Origin: a bacterium
GTDB lineage: Bacteria > Patescibacteriota > Minisyncoccia > Phycocordibacterales > Phycocordibacteraceae
DNA: 64,000 bases
Direction of reading: 5' to 3'
NCBI GenBank assembly: GCA_037200965.1
Contig: JBBCGK010000001.1
Location: 768,001 to 832,000 of the forward strand
Shown: positions 54,454 to 63,473 of the stretch, in pieces
How the letters are laid out: each line of letters starts with the position of its first letter
Position numbering within the stretch: position 1 is the stretch's first letter
Notes under the pieces: model-generated
The model's database searches: none
Seen by the model: the letters and a program-made list of their open reading frames with translations, nothing else
What the model was told of the DNA's origin: nothing
Made by a program: the position numbers and the translations under genes

Positions 54454-54873
54454 ATGAAAATAAAGCCGCTGATACCTGCTCTTCTCATATCGGTTATTGC
54501 GATCGGTGCCGGGGTATACGGATACCGCTCGTCTTTGCCGCGCGTGTGGGAAACGCCCACGCCGGTGACTCCTGGAGCGACGGTATCGATTTGGGGCGAA
54601 GGGTTTAGTCCGGACGATAATACGGTCACGATAGGGCGGACCGCCATTCAAGAGTTGCCGTCTCGTCCCGCGGTATTTGGCGGCAAGGAAAGTCCGGAGT
54701 ATGCGAAAGGGTCTGTTATCAGCTTTACGGTACCGTCGTTGCCGGATGGCACCTATGCTCTTTTTGTGACAACCAGCAAAGGCAAAAGCAATACCGAATG
54801 GATAGTTATCGCGGGCGTCCCGCCGCCATCCGTGCTGCCCGGGCAATCGTCTCCGGAAATCCGCGCGGATTGA
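54454..54873 (+). CDS. Secreted protein with Ig-like (IPT/TIG-like) beta domain, hypothetical.
   Basis: Signal/anchor MKIKPLIPALLISVIAIGAGVYGY, and beta-rich motifs (ATVSIWGEGFSPDDNTVTIG, TYALFVTTS). Confidence 0.4.
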   Translation: MKIKPLIPALLISVIAIGAGVYGYRSSLPRVWETPTPVTPGATVSIWGEGFSPDDNTVTIGRTAIQELPSRPAVFGGKESPEYAKGSVISFTVPSLPDGTYALFVTTSKGKSNTEWIVIAGVPPPSVLPGQSSPEIRAD

Positions 54874-55064
54874 CGGGGTCATAGCCGATAGCGCCGCGCT
54901 CGCGCTGGTTATGCCCGTGGTTTTGACGATATAAAACACGGAAGTTGAAAAGACGAGATGAATCGGCCCCTTCCGGTTGTCTTGTCCCGGACATTCTCCT
55001 CCTTGGCGCGCGAGCATCGCGCTGGCGGTTTGAGGGGATATGTGTATCGCGTATACTATCCTGC

Positions 55065-55676
55065 ATGGACGCTGTCAGCAGGGTAAACCGCGCATACTAC
55101 GATGCGCATGCCAAGAAATGGTCGGAGTCCCATAACAATTCTTTTTGGCACGAGGAAGCGTTTCGATCGTTCATGCGCTACCTGCCAGCCGGGGCGTCGG
55201 TGCTCGATATCGGCGCGGCGTCCGGCATTCATGTGCCGCTGTTTCTCGGCATGGGCCGGATGCTCAAATATTTCGGTATCGATATCAGCAGGAATTTCCT
55301 CAAAATCGCCAAGCGGCGCTATCCGCAGATGCGGTTCGCATACGGGGACATTTTAGACGCAGAGACGCTTCCAAAAAAGAAATTCGATGCGTTTTGGGCG
55401 GCTGCGGTGCTTCAGCATATTCCGCTTGCGCAGTGGCCGGAAGCGCTCTCCAATATCGAGCGCCATATGACACGCGGCGCTATCGGCTATCTTACGGTTC
55501 CGGAAGAGCGACCGAGCCCGGCCTCGGAAAAAGATCGGCGCTATTTCGAGCTGTTCGATGATAAGAAATTCCGCGCGGTACTTGTACCGAGGAAATGGCG
55601 GATACTCAAGGCAGGGGCAAGGAAAGGAAAGACCGGAGGGGTGGTATGGCGGTGGTATATCGTGAAGCTGCCGTAG
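55065..55676 (+). CDS. Class I SAM-dependent methyltransferase.
   Basis: Motif I VLDIGAASG and a post-I acidic residue (GIDIS). ATG at 55065. Confidence 0.65.
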   Translation: MDAVSRVNRAYYDAHAKKWSESHNNSFWHEEAFRSFMRYLPAGASVLDIGAASGIHVPLFLGMGRMLKYFGIDISRNFLKIAKRRYPQMRFAYGDILDAETLPKKKFDAFWAAAVLQHIPLAQWPEALSNIERHMTRGAIGYLTVPEERPSPASEKDRRYFELFDDKKFRAVLVPRKWRILKAGARKGKTGGVVWRWYIVKLP

Positions 55677-55712
55677 CCACACGACTGGTCGGATCCGTAC
55701 TACAATCGTAAC

Positions 55713-56273
55713 GTGATAAAAGTCTTTATCGTTCATGGATTTCAAGGAGCGCCCAATAGCGGGTGGAAGCCGTGGCTTATGGAAGAGTGCGCCAAACAAG
55801 GTATCTACGCCTGCGCGCTTTCGATGCCAAGCCCCGGCAGCCCGGTTCCTTCTGAGTGGGTCGAAGAAATCTCCCGACACGTCGATGCAAACAAAAAGGA
55901 CCCGATATACCTTATCGGACACAGCCTCGGCGCCACCGCTATCCTGCGATATCTTGAAACAACAAAAGCAAAGAATATACAGGGTGCAGTCTTTGTTTCC
56001 GCGCCTGTCTTCAAAAGCACAAAGCGAAAGGTGCAAGCTTTCCTTAAAAAACCTTTCGACTACGAAGCTATCAGAGCAAGGGTGCCGAAGATGGTCGTTA
56101 TCCATGGCGATAACGACAAGAGCGTGTCCGCGGACCAGGGAAAGACTTTGGCCAGGGAATTGGGAGCGAAACTGGTGCTTATCAAGAACGGCGGGCACCT
56201 GAACGGCTCCGCAGGCTGGCACAAGCTCCCGCAGTGCCGGGATGCTTTGCTGGGAATGATAAATGGCGGTTAG
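55713..56273 (+). CDS. Alpha/beta hydrolase, serine hydrolase family (RBBP9/YdeN-like).
   Basis: GHSLG nucleophile elbow, a C-terminal HGDNDKSV (Asp), and GGHLN (His). Confidence 0.7.
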   Translation: MIKVFIVHGFQGAPNSGWKPWLMEECAKQGIYACALSMPSPGSPVPSEWVEEISRHVDANKKDPIYLIGHSLGATAILRYLETTKAKNIQGAVFVSAPVFKSTKRKVQAFLKKPFDYEAIRARVPKMVVIHGDNDKSVSADQGKTLARELGAKLVLIKNGGHLNGSAGWHKLPQCRDALLGMINGG

Positions 56274-56282
56274 AGGGCTTTT

Positions 56283-56984
56283 ATGCAAAAGAACATTCTC
56301 ATCACCGGCAGGCCAGGGAGCGGGAAGTCGACGCTCCTGCGGAAACTAATCGGTCGTATTCCGGCAAAGGAAGGGTTTGTCACGAACGAAATCCTTGGCG
56401 AACACGGGCGGCTAGGTTTTGAGGTAGAAACCCGTTCCGGAAGCAAGGCGGTCTTGGCGCACATCAATTTCAACACCCCGCGCAAGGTTTCCAAGTATTT
56501 CGTCGATATCGGCAGCCTCGAGTCGATGCTTCCCGCAGTTTCCGACTTCAAGGACGGCGGTATCCTTTATCTAGACGAGATCGGGCAGATGCAGCTTTTT
56601 TCGGAACGCTTCAAAGATCTGGTCTTGCGGTACCTGGACGCCCGGAATACCTGTATCGCTACCCTTTCCTCTGTATTCGAGGATGGCTTTACAGATGCCA
56701 TCAGGAAGCGGGACGACATAGTCCTGGTCGAGATTTCGGCAGCAAACAGGGAAGAGCAGGAGGTGTTTATAACTCAGCTTCTGAAGAAGATCGAAAAAGC
56801 GAGAAAGTACAGTTCCGAACCCGAGCGGTTCACCCGCACGGAATCGGGAATAGAACTGCACTCGGAGCATGGCACGAGAACGCTGGTTCATACGGAAGGA
56901 AAGTGGCACTGCGATTGCGAATTCTTCAAACGATACGGGATCTGCAGCCATGCTATAGCTGCCGGGGAATTTGCTAGGATGTAG
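56283..56984 (+). CDS. P-loop NTPase (THEP1 / NTPase_1-like) fused to a C-terminal SWIM zinc finger.
   Basis: Walker A ITGRPGSGKSTL, Walker B ILYLDEIG, and a C-terminal CDCEFFKRYGICSHAIA (a CxC...CxH SWIM pattern). Confidence 0.6.
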   Translation: MQKNILITGRPGSGKSTLLRKLIGRIPAKEGFVTNEILGEHGRLGFEVETRSGSKAVLAHINFNTPRKVSKYFVDIGSLESMLPAVSDFKDGGILYLDEIGQMQLFSERFKDLVLRYLDARNTCIATLSSVFEDGFTDAIRKRDDIVLVEISAANREEQEVFITQLLKKIEKARKYSSEPERFTRTESGIELHSEHGTRTLVHTEGKWHCDCEFFKRYGICSHAIAAGEFARM

Positions 56985-56986
56985 TC

Positions 56987-57442
56987 ATGGACGCGCTCAA
57001 AAAGTTCTTGAAATCACAACGCCTTTTAGCTCTCGCCGTGCACGGTGAAAATGGACCATGGATAGCTAACGTCTATTTTGGCAGCGACGATGTGAACCGC
57101 CTCTACTTCATAAGTTCCGACACCAACATCCACAGTCTGATGATCCTGAAGGATCCGCGTGTGGCGTTCTCGACGGCATGGTTCGATCCCACAAACCACG
57201 GGGATCGAAAAGGGGTACAAGGGAAGGGTGTCTGCCGTCCGGCGAAAAACGACGAAGAAATCGCTGTGGGCGTCCGGTTGCATAACGAGAATTTCCCTGA
57301 GTTTAAGAAGAAAGTTACGACAGACTGGATCCGCACGAACGCAGGGGGCTCCACGGTCTGGGTGGTCGAGCCGAGCTATATGAAATACTGGGATGATGCG
57401 GTGTATGGAGACGACGAAAGCGAGGAATTCGCTATCGGCTAG
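56987..57442 (+). CDS. Pyridoxamine 5'-phosphate oxidase-like FMN-binding split-barrel protein.
   Basis: PNPOx-like pattern (LALAVHGENGPWIANVYF ... RVAFS ... VVEPSYMKYWD). Starts 3 nt after the upstream stop. Confidence 0.65.
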   Translation: MDALKKFLKSQRLLALAVHGENGPWIANVYFGSDDVNRLYFISSDTNIHSLMILKDPRVAFSTAWFDPTNHGDRKGVQGKGVCRPAKNDEEIAVGVRLHNENFPEFKKKVTTDWIRTNAGGSTVWVVEPSYMKYWDDAVYGDDESEEFAIG

Positions 57443-57452
57443 TACATAACGG

Positions 57453-58046
57453 ATGGAAACCGAAATAGAAGCCAAGTTCGCGGACATACATACTGAAACG
57501 CTTCGCGCCAGGCTCAAGGAGATCGGCGCGGTTCTTGAATACCCCGAAACGCTGATGCGGCGCAGGAATTTCGACTATCCCGACGGCCGTCTTAATACGA
57601 TCGGCGGGTGGATCCGCATCCGGGATGAGGGGAACAAAGTCACCTTAAGCTATAAGCAGCTTAACGACCGGACGCTCCACGGAACGAAGGAGGTGTCGGT
57701 GGACGTAAGCGATTTTGACAAGGCCGCGGATTTCCTGACTTCGATCGGGCTCGAGGCGAAATCCTATCAAGAGACGAAACGGGAGAAATGGATGTATCAA
57801 GACATGGAAATCACCATCGATACCTGGCCCTGGATTCCGCCGTTCATGGAGCTTGAAGGATCGAGCGAAGAAGCGCTTAAAGATGCCGCAGCCGCACTTG
57901 GTCTCGACTGGTCCCGCGCCATGCACGGAAGCGTTGAGACGGTATATCAGATGCACTACGATTTCCCCGAATCGGAAATCGATGCGTGGGGAAGCATCAC
58001 GTTCGTCCCGGAGCCGGACTGGCTCCTTACACGGAAGAAGGCATAG
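57453..58046 (+). CDS. CYTH domain protein (second paralog).
   Basis: N-terminal METEIEAKF (ExExK), with DTWPW and MELEGS acidic strands. Clear paralog of 27664..28248. Confidence 0.75.
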   Translation: METEIEAKFADIHTETLRARLKEIGAVLEYPETLMRRRNFDYPDGRLNTIGGWIRIRDEGNKVTLSYKQLNDRTLHGTKEVSVDVSDFDKAADFLTSIGLEAKSYQETKREKWMYQDMEITIDTWPWIPPFMELEGSSEEALKDAAAALGLDWSRAMHGSVETVYQMHYDFPESEIDAWGSITFVPEPDWLLTRKKA

Positions 58047-58062
58047 CGAGCTGATCCCCGTC

Positions 58063-58503
58063 ATGATCTATCTTGAGCGGCCGGAAGATTTCAATCCGAA
58101 ATTCGAGATCGGGAGCTGTTTTCTTAAGCGGGACGGAAAGTTCCTCCTGCTGTTGCGGCAGGATCATAAGCCGGAAGGGAATACCTGGGGCGTCCCGGCA
58201 GGGAAGATAGATGCGGGAGAGACTCCTGCGCAGGCCACAGCGAGAGAAATGGCGGAAGAAACGGGATACTCGGCAGCCCCGAAAGACCTGCGGTTTTTCA
58301 GGACAGGATATTCCCGCTTTCCCGAGTACGACTTTATCTATCACATGTTCTTCTTGAATCTGGCACGTGATCACGAAGTAGTGATTGACCCAGCTTCGCA
58401 CAAGGATTTCAGATGGGTAACCCCTGCGGAAGCGTTTGCGATGCCGCTTATCGGGGATCTCGAGGACTATATCAAGCTGTTTTACGAAGCTGATACACTT
58501 TAA
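58063..58503 (+). CDS. NUDIX hydrolase.
   Basis: Nudix box GKIDAGETPAQATAREMAEETGY (GX5EX7REUXEEXGU). ATG near 58062-58064. Confidence 0.8.
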   Translation: MIYLERPEDFNPKFEIGSCFLKRDGKFLLLLRQDHKPEGNTWGVPAGKIDAGETPAQATAREMAEETGYSAAPKDLRFFRTGYSRFPEYDFIYHMFFLNLARDHEVVIDPASHKDFRWVTPAEAFAMPLIGDLEDYIKLFYEADTL

Positions 58504-58505
58504 GG

Positions 58506-59024
58506 ATGCTCGGAGTAAAGCGAGGGACGGTAGTATTGGTTCCGCATAATCCGGAGTGGCCCCCGCTGTTCGATAAAGAGAAAAAACTACTTCTTGAAGC
58601 ATTCGGAGACAGAATAAAAGCCATAGAGCATATCGGAAGCACCGCGATTCCCGGTATGCCCGCAAAGCCGATCATAGATATCAATGTGGCCGTCAAATCG
58701 CTTGATGATATCGGTGATTTCATCCAGATACTTCCCGGGCTTGGATATGAATATATTCCGGAGAGACGTTTTGCTGACCGTCAGTTCTTTCCCAAGGGTC
58801 CGCCGGAATATAGAACCCATCATTTGAATCTCGTGGAAATAACCAGCAAGACCGGATGGATGAATGCTCTTGCATTCCGGAACTATCTGCGGAAGAATTC
58901 TTTAGCTAGGGAAGAATATCGGAAACTGAAGGAATCGTTGGCAGACCAGTATGCTGATAATCGTGAGGAGTATACCGAGCGCAAGAGCGCCTTCGTACAT
59001 GAAATACTGAAGAAAGCCCAGTGA
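58506..59024 (+). CDS. GrpB family protein (UPF0157; nucleotidyltransferase-fold).
   Basis: HIGSTAIPGMPAKPIIDINV signature. About 172 aa. Confidence 0.7.
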   Translation: MLGVKRGTVVLVPHNPEWPPLFDKEKKLLLEAFGDRIKAIEHIGSTAIPGMPAKPIIDINVAVKSLDDIGDFIQILPGLGYEYIPERRFADRQFFPKGPPEYRTHHLNLVEITSKTGWMNALAFRNYLRKNSLAREEYRKLKESLADQYADNREEYTERKSAFVHEILKKAQ

Positions 59025-59096
59025 CCGCTATCGGCAACAAAGTCCGAGTCGATAGAGTTTGTTATACTTCAACCATTAGCGGCTAAAACGATCCTT

Positions 59097-59534
59097 ATGG
59101 CGCGGACGAGCACCTATCTCAATTTCACGAACAAGAGCGAAGAGGCGTTTACTTTCTATAAATCAGTCTTCGGCGGCGAATTCACGGGAGGCATACACCG
59201 GATGGGCGATGTCCCGCCGCAGGAAGGCGTCCCGGCGCTTGCGGAGGCCGATAGGAATCTCGTAATGCATATCGAGCTCTCGATACTCGGCGGGCACGTT
59301 CTCATGGGAACCGATGCACCGGAATCGATGGGCTTCAAGCTCGTCGAGGGCAATAACGTGCACGTCAATCTCGAGCCGGATACGAAAGAAGAAGCCGAGC
59401 GACTTTTCACGGCCCTTTCGGAAGGAGGGAAAGTATCGATGCCGCTCCAAATGATGTTCTGGGGCGCGTACTTCGGGTCGTTCTCCGACAAGTACGGAAT
59501 CAACTGGATGGTGAACTATAGCTCAAAGGATTAG
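59097..59534 (+). CDS. VOC superfamily / PhnB-like (3-demethylubiquinone-9 3-methyltransferase-domain) protein.
   Basis: YLNF ... EEAFTFYKSVFG ... GHVLMGTDAP ... MFWGAYFGSFSDKYGINWMV pattern. Confidence 0.65.
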   Translation: MARTSTYLNFTNKSEEAFTFYKSVFGGEFTGGIHRMGDVPPQEGVPALAEADRNLVMHIELSILGGHVLMGTDAPESMGFKLVEGNNVHVNLEPDTKEEAERLFTALSEGGKVSMPLQMMFWGAYFGSFSDKYGINWMVNYSSKD

Positions 59535-59538
59535 CCCC

Positions 59539-60285
59539 ATGGCCAAGCCGACAACGAATGAGTTTTTCGATCTCAATAAATTTCCGAAGGAGCCTGGCAT
59601 CGTGTATTTCGCGCTCTCGATGCCGCTTCTGAATAACACTCAGAGCCCGCAGAACTGCTACGGCGCGGACGAGCACCTCATATCCAAGATTCAGGTCTCG
59701 AATGTCGGGGCGCAGGTCGTCTATACCGACAGCTTGTATCTCTACAGCGGCGAGCCCGCGATGGAACTGAAGCTCAAGCATCAGAAGCTTATCGAAGAGC
59801 ACAAGCAGGGATGGCTCAACCTCATCAAGAAGAATATTTATATCGTCCCGAGCGGCTTTACTTTCATGACCTGGAGCCAGCTTCTCCTCGACTGCCCGAA
59901 GTTCTCCTCGTACCTTGTCGAATTCCGCCGCATCTTTGAAAATGATGCGCAGCTCCGCGGGTATGTCACGCTCGATATCCAAGGAACCGGAAGGGAAGTG
60001 AATGAATACAGTATCGGCTACATGCTCGAAGAAATACTGACGGATTACCTGGTCGCCAAGGGCCACATGCGTCTCCAGAACGATTACACCAAGGACAAGG
60101 AGCAGTGGATACTCAACTGCTACCACGGAAAACCCCATCGCTCCCATATCTATCTGCACCAGCGGAATTTCTTTAAGCTCGACAATGCGAAGAACGTATA
60201 CCAGAACGCGTGGTATGACCTGGTGGCCAAAAAGCTCTACGAATTCGACCGGCTCGATATTGATACGTTCGACTTCGGGAAGTGA
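59539..60285 (+). CDS. Hypothetical protein (last gene of the 56283..60285 operon).
   Basis: 248-aa ORF starting 5 nt after the upstream stop. No known motif. Confidence 0.45.
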   Translation: MAKPTTNEFFDLNKFPKEPGIVYFALSMPLLNNTQSPQNCYGADEHLISKIQVSNVGAQVVYTDSLYLYSGEPAMELKLKHQKLIEEHKQGWLNLIKKNIYIVPSGFTFMTWSQLLLDCPKFSSYLVEFRRIFENDAQLRGYVTLDIQGTGREVNEYSIGYMLEEILTDYLVAKGHMRLQNDYTKDKEQWILNCYHGKPHRSHIYLHQRNFFKLDNAKNVYQNAWYDLVAKKLYEFDRLDIDTFDFGK

Positions 60286-60390
60286 GATACTCACCTCATT
60301 GCCTCTTCATTGGCATTTGATATACTAGCCTCGTGCCTGTGGGGCGTCAGCCCTATTTCGGCTAATACATAAGCCGAAGGCAGGCATAGC

Positions 60391-60420
60391 AAAAATACCG
60401 ACATCAAGTCGGTATTTTTG
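60391..60420 (+). terminator. Rho-independent terminator.
   Basis: AAAAATACCGAC-ATCAA-GTCGGTATTTTTG. Confidence 0.65.
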
Positions 60421-60516
60421 CTATTTAGTCCGCCTCCGGATCGACTTTCATCGTGCTGAAGAGTTTCATGTCGCGGTATTTGTTCGTCTCCCTTGGATGG
60501 CGCATACTACGAGGGA

Positions 60517-61341
60517 ATGAAAACGAAACCCGACGGGCGCGAACTCAAGGGGTGGCGGCTTACGCTGCACCGCGTCATCTTCGAGTCGGATACGCCCGCC
60601 GGACGTTTCTTCGACACGGCGCTCCTGTGGATCATCGTGCTTTCGGTGCTCGTCGTAGTGCTCGACAGCGTCGAATCGTTCCACGCCCCGTTCGGTGCGT
60701 TCTTCCGTTATGCGGAATGGACGTTCACCATCCTCTTTACTATCGAGTACGTGCTTCGCCTTGTCTCGGTGCGCCGCCCCGCGCTCTATGCTACGAGCTT
60801 CTTCGGCATCATCGACCTCCTGGCGATCGTTCCGGCCTATGCCGCGGTACTTATCCCGGGCTTCCAGGCGGCCATGATTCTCCGCGTATTCCGGCTTTTG
60901 AGGGTCTTCCGGATACTGAAGCTCGCGCGGTTCGTCGTCGAGGGCGATACCCTGATGCAGGCGCTTCGCGCGAGCAAGGAGAAGATCGCCATTTTCATTC
61001 TCTTCGTCGCCTTTTCCGTTATATCGATGGGAAGCCTTATGTATCTCGTCGAAGGCCCCGAGCACGGGTTCACGAATATTCCCACGGGCATCTATTGGGC
61101 CATTGTGACGCTTTCGACCGTGGGCTTCGGCGATATAACGCCCGAGACCCCGCTTGGCCAGGCGATCGCGAGCTTCGTGATGCTTCTTGGCTACGGATTT
61201 ATCGCGGTGCCGACCGGGATCGTAACGTCGGAAATGGCGCGGGCAAAACACGGGGTCAACCGGCACGCGTGCGACGACTGCGGGAACACCGCTAATGATC
61301 CCGATGCGAGGTTCTGCAAGGTCTGCGGCGGAGCCTTATAG
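60517..61341 (+). CDS. Voltage-gated potassium channel (6TM Kv-like) with C-terminal zinc ribbon.
   Basis: S4 with a regular Arg repeat (RVFRLLRVFRILKLARF), K+ selectivity filter TLSTVGFGD, and C-terminal CDDCGN...CKVCGG. ATG at 60517 chosen. Confidence 0.8.
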   Translation: MKTKPDGRELKGWRLTLHRVIFESDTPAGRFFDTALLWIIVLSVLVVVLDSVESFHAPFGAFFRYAEWTFTILFTIEYVLRLVSVRRPALYATSFFGIIDLLAIVPAYAAVLIPGFQAAMILRVFRLLRVFRILKLARFVVEGDTLMQALRASKEKIAIFILFVAFSVISMGSLMYLVEGPEHGFTNIPTGIYWAIVTLSTVGFGDITPETPLGQAIASFVMLLGYGFIAVPTGIVTSEMARAKHGVNRHACDDCGNTANDPDARFCKVCGGAL

Positions 61342-61430
61342 CTATCCAAGCGCCCAGGGAGCTTATCCCCACCTGAAAGGAAAAACCGCGCTCGCTATAC
61401 TAAAGGGCATAGCCATAACGACGCATCACT

Positions 61431-62039
61431 ATGAGACTGTACTACTCCCCGGGCGCCTGCTCTCTTTCCCCGCATATCGTCGCCCGCGAAGCGGGGCTTC
61501 CGGTCGAACTTGATAAAGTCGATTTTAACGACGGACGGAAAACCGAGGACGGCTCGACGCTCGGGGAGGTGAACCCGAAGGGATATATCCCCGCACTGCG
61601 GCTCGATGACGGTCCGGTCCTTACCGAAGGAGTGGCGATCGTCCAGTACCTCGCCGATCAGGCGCCCGAAAAGAAGCTCATGCCGGAGCGGGGAACCACG
61701 GACTACTATCGCGCGCTCGAATGGCTTACGTTTATAAGCTCGGAGCTCCACAAGGGCTTCAGCCCCCTCTATAACCCCGCGATCGCGGAAGATGCGAAGA
61801 AAGCGGCAATTGAGAAAATCGGGAAGCGCGTAAGCTACGTGGAAGGAATGCTCGCGGGGAAGCAGTACCTTCTCGGAGACTCCTTCATGATTCCCGATGC
61901 CTATCTCTATACGATTCTGCGCTGGGCAAAGCGCTTCGAGATCGACCTGTCGGTATATCCGAACGTTACGGCGTTCATGGAACGGATGAGGGCGCGCCCG
62001 GGAGTTTCCGCGGCGCTTGCGGAAGAGGGCCTCGAATAA
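61431..62039 (+). CDS. Glutathione S-transferase (beta/GstB-like).
   Basis: N-terminal thioredoxin-like [16 protein letters not shown], a C-terminal helical domain, 202 aa. Confidence 0.85.
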   Translation: MRLYYSPGACSLSPHIVAREAGLPVELDKVDFNDGRKTEDGSTLGEVNPKGYIPALRLDDGPVLTEGVAIVQYLADQAPEKKLMPERGTTDYYRALEWLTFISSELHKGFSPLYNPAIAEDAKKAAIEKIGKRVSYVEGMLAGKQYLLGDSFMIPDAYLYTILRWAKRFEIDLSVYPNVTAFMERMRARPGVSAALAEEGLE

Positions 62040-62529
62040 CATGCAGAAAATCACCCCCTTTCTCTGGTTTAACGATACGGCGGAAGAGGCCGCGAACTTC
62101 TACGTATCCGTATTCAAGAACTCGAAGCTCGGCCGTATTGCCCGCTATCAGGGGAAGGAAGCGGAGCAAGTCTCGGGACGGCCGGAAGGTTCGGTGATGA
62201 CGGTCGGGTTCGAACTTGACGGTCAGGCGTTCACGGCGCTCAACGGCGGCCCCTTTTTCAAGTTTACGGAAGCGATCTCGTTCGTCGTGAACTGCGAAGG
62301 GCAGGAGGAGGTGGACGAGTTCTGGGACAAGCTCTCGGAAGGCGGGGAGAAGGGCCGGTGCGGATGGCTTAAGGATAAGTTCGGCGTATCCTGGCAGATC
62401 GTTCCTGTGGCGCTTGCGAGGCTCATGAGCGATCCTGATCCGGAGAAGTCAAAGCACGTAACGGCGGCGATGCTCCGGATGACCAAGCTCGACGTAGCGA
62501 CGCTTGAAGCGGCGTACGAAGAGGGATAA
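62017..62529 (+). CDS. VOC superfamily / PhnB-like protein (second paralog).
   Basis: [22 protein letters not shown] ... [14 protein letters not shown] pattern. Overlaps the GST stop by 23 nt. Confidence 0.65.
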   Translation: MRKRASNNMQKITPFLWFNDTAEEAANFYVSVFKNSKLGRIARYQGKEAEQVSGRPEGSVMTVGFELDGQAFTALNGGPFFKFTEAISFVVNCEGQEEVDEFWDKLSEGGEKGRCGWLKDKFGVSWQIVPVALARLMSDPDPEKSKHVTAAMLRMTKLDVATLEAAYEEG

Positions 62530-62572
62530 CGCTCCGATTTCCCAAAACCGGTTTTTATGCGATTATCCGCCC

Positions 62573-63403
62573 ATGGCTGAAAAGCGCCTGGAATCCGTCC
62601 ATGTCGTCCCGGGATATACCTTCTTCTATTGGGGGTTTACGCTTCCCAAGAAGGACTACGGTTCGTTTACGAAGCACTTCCGCCTCAAAGCCGGAAGCCT
62701 TACCACCCGCATCAGGCTCCTGATCGCGGGCAAGACATATCCCGCCAGGATCCGGCTTACCCGCATCACGACGAAGAACTCGCCGAACCGGGAAGTGGTG
62801 CAGATCTACTATGAGCGCGATTACGACACGCTGAAAGCGCTTCGGAAGTTCTTCATCTACAGCTACGCCTCCACGATCCGCAAGAGCAAGCCCAAGCTCA
62901 AGGAACTCATGGAGCTTGAACACATGGGCGGCGATTTGTTTAAGGTAGTCGCGCTCTCGAAGCAGGAAACGGACTTCGACGCGATGTTCCGTTTTATGGA
63001 GGAGAAGAACCTGTTCGAATTCTGGAGGGACGCGAAGAAGGGCAAGCGCGAATCTTTCTTTCTCGATTTCGCGCGGCACTGGATACCGGCGAAAGATCTC
63101 AGCAAGTATCGCGAGCGCGTGAACGTGATCTACGTCCTCTACAGTGAAAAGGATAAGCACCTGTATGTCGGCAAGGCGAACCGTTTCGGCGCGCGCCTTA
63201 AGGAAGGGCAGGGGCGTATCGGCCTTAAGAGCTGGGACAAGTTCATGTATTTCGAAATCGATCCTAAGTACGCGCACGCGCTCGAGGAAATCGAGGCGTA
63301 TACGATCAGGGTGCTCGCGTCGCTTTTCGACAACGACGTCAGGATGGCACCGCTCGGGCGGAAGGTGGAGCGGCTGGTGAACCGGCAGCTGAGGAGAAAA
63401 TAG
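62573..63403 (+). CDS. Hypothetical protein with C-terminal GIY-YIG-like motif.
   Basis: VIYVLYSEKDKHLYVGKANRFGARL resembles the GIY...YIG...R core. The N-terminal region is unknown. ATG at 62573. Confidence 0.4.
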   Translation: MAEKRLESVHVVPGYTFFYWGFTLPKKDYGSFTKHFRLKAGSLTTRIRLLIAGKTYPARIRLTRITTKNSPNREVVQIYYERDYDTLKALRKFFIYSYASTIRKSKPKLKELMELEHMGGDLFKVVALSKQETDFDAMFRFMEEKNLFEFWRDAKKGKRESFFLDFARHWIPAKDLSKYRERVNVIYVLYSEKDKHLYVGKANRFGARLKEGQGRIGLKSWDKFMYFEIDPKYAHALEEIEAYTIRVLASLFDNDVRMAPLGRKVERLVNRQLRRK

Positions 63404-63473
63404 GGATTCCGTTGTCCACACGTTTTATCGCTTCTTTATCTGCATTTTAAGAGCGGTTCAATGGCGTATGCAT

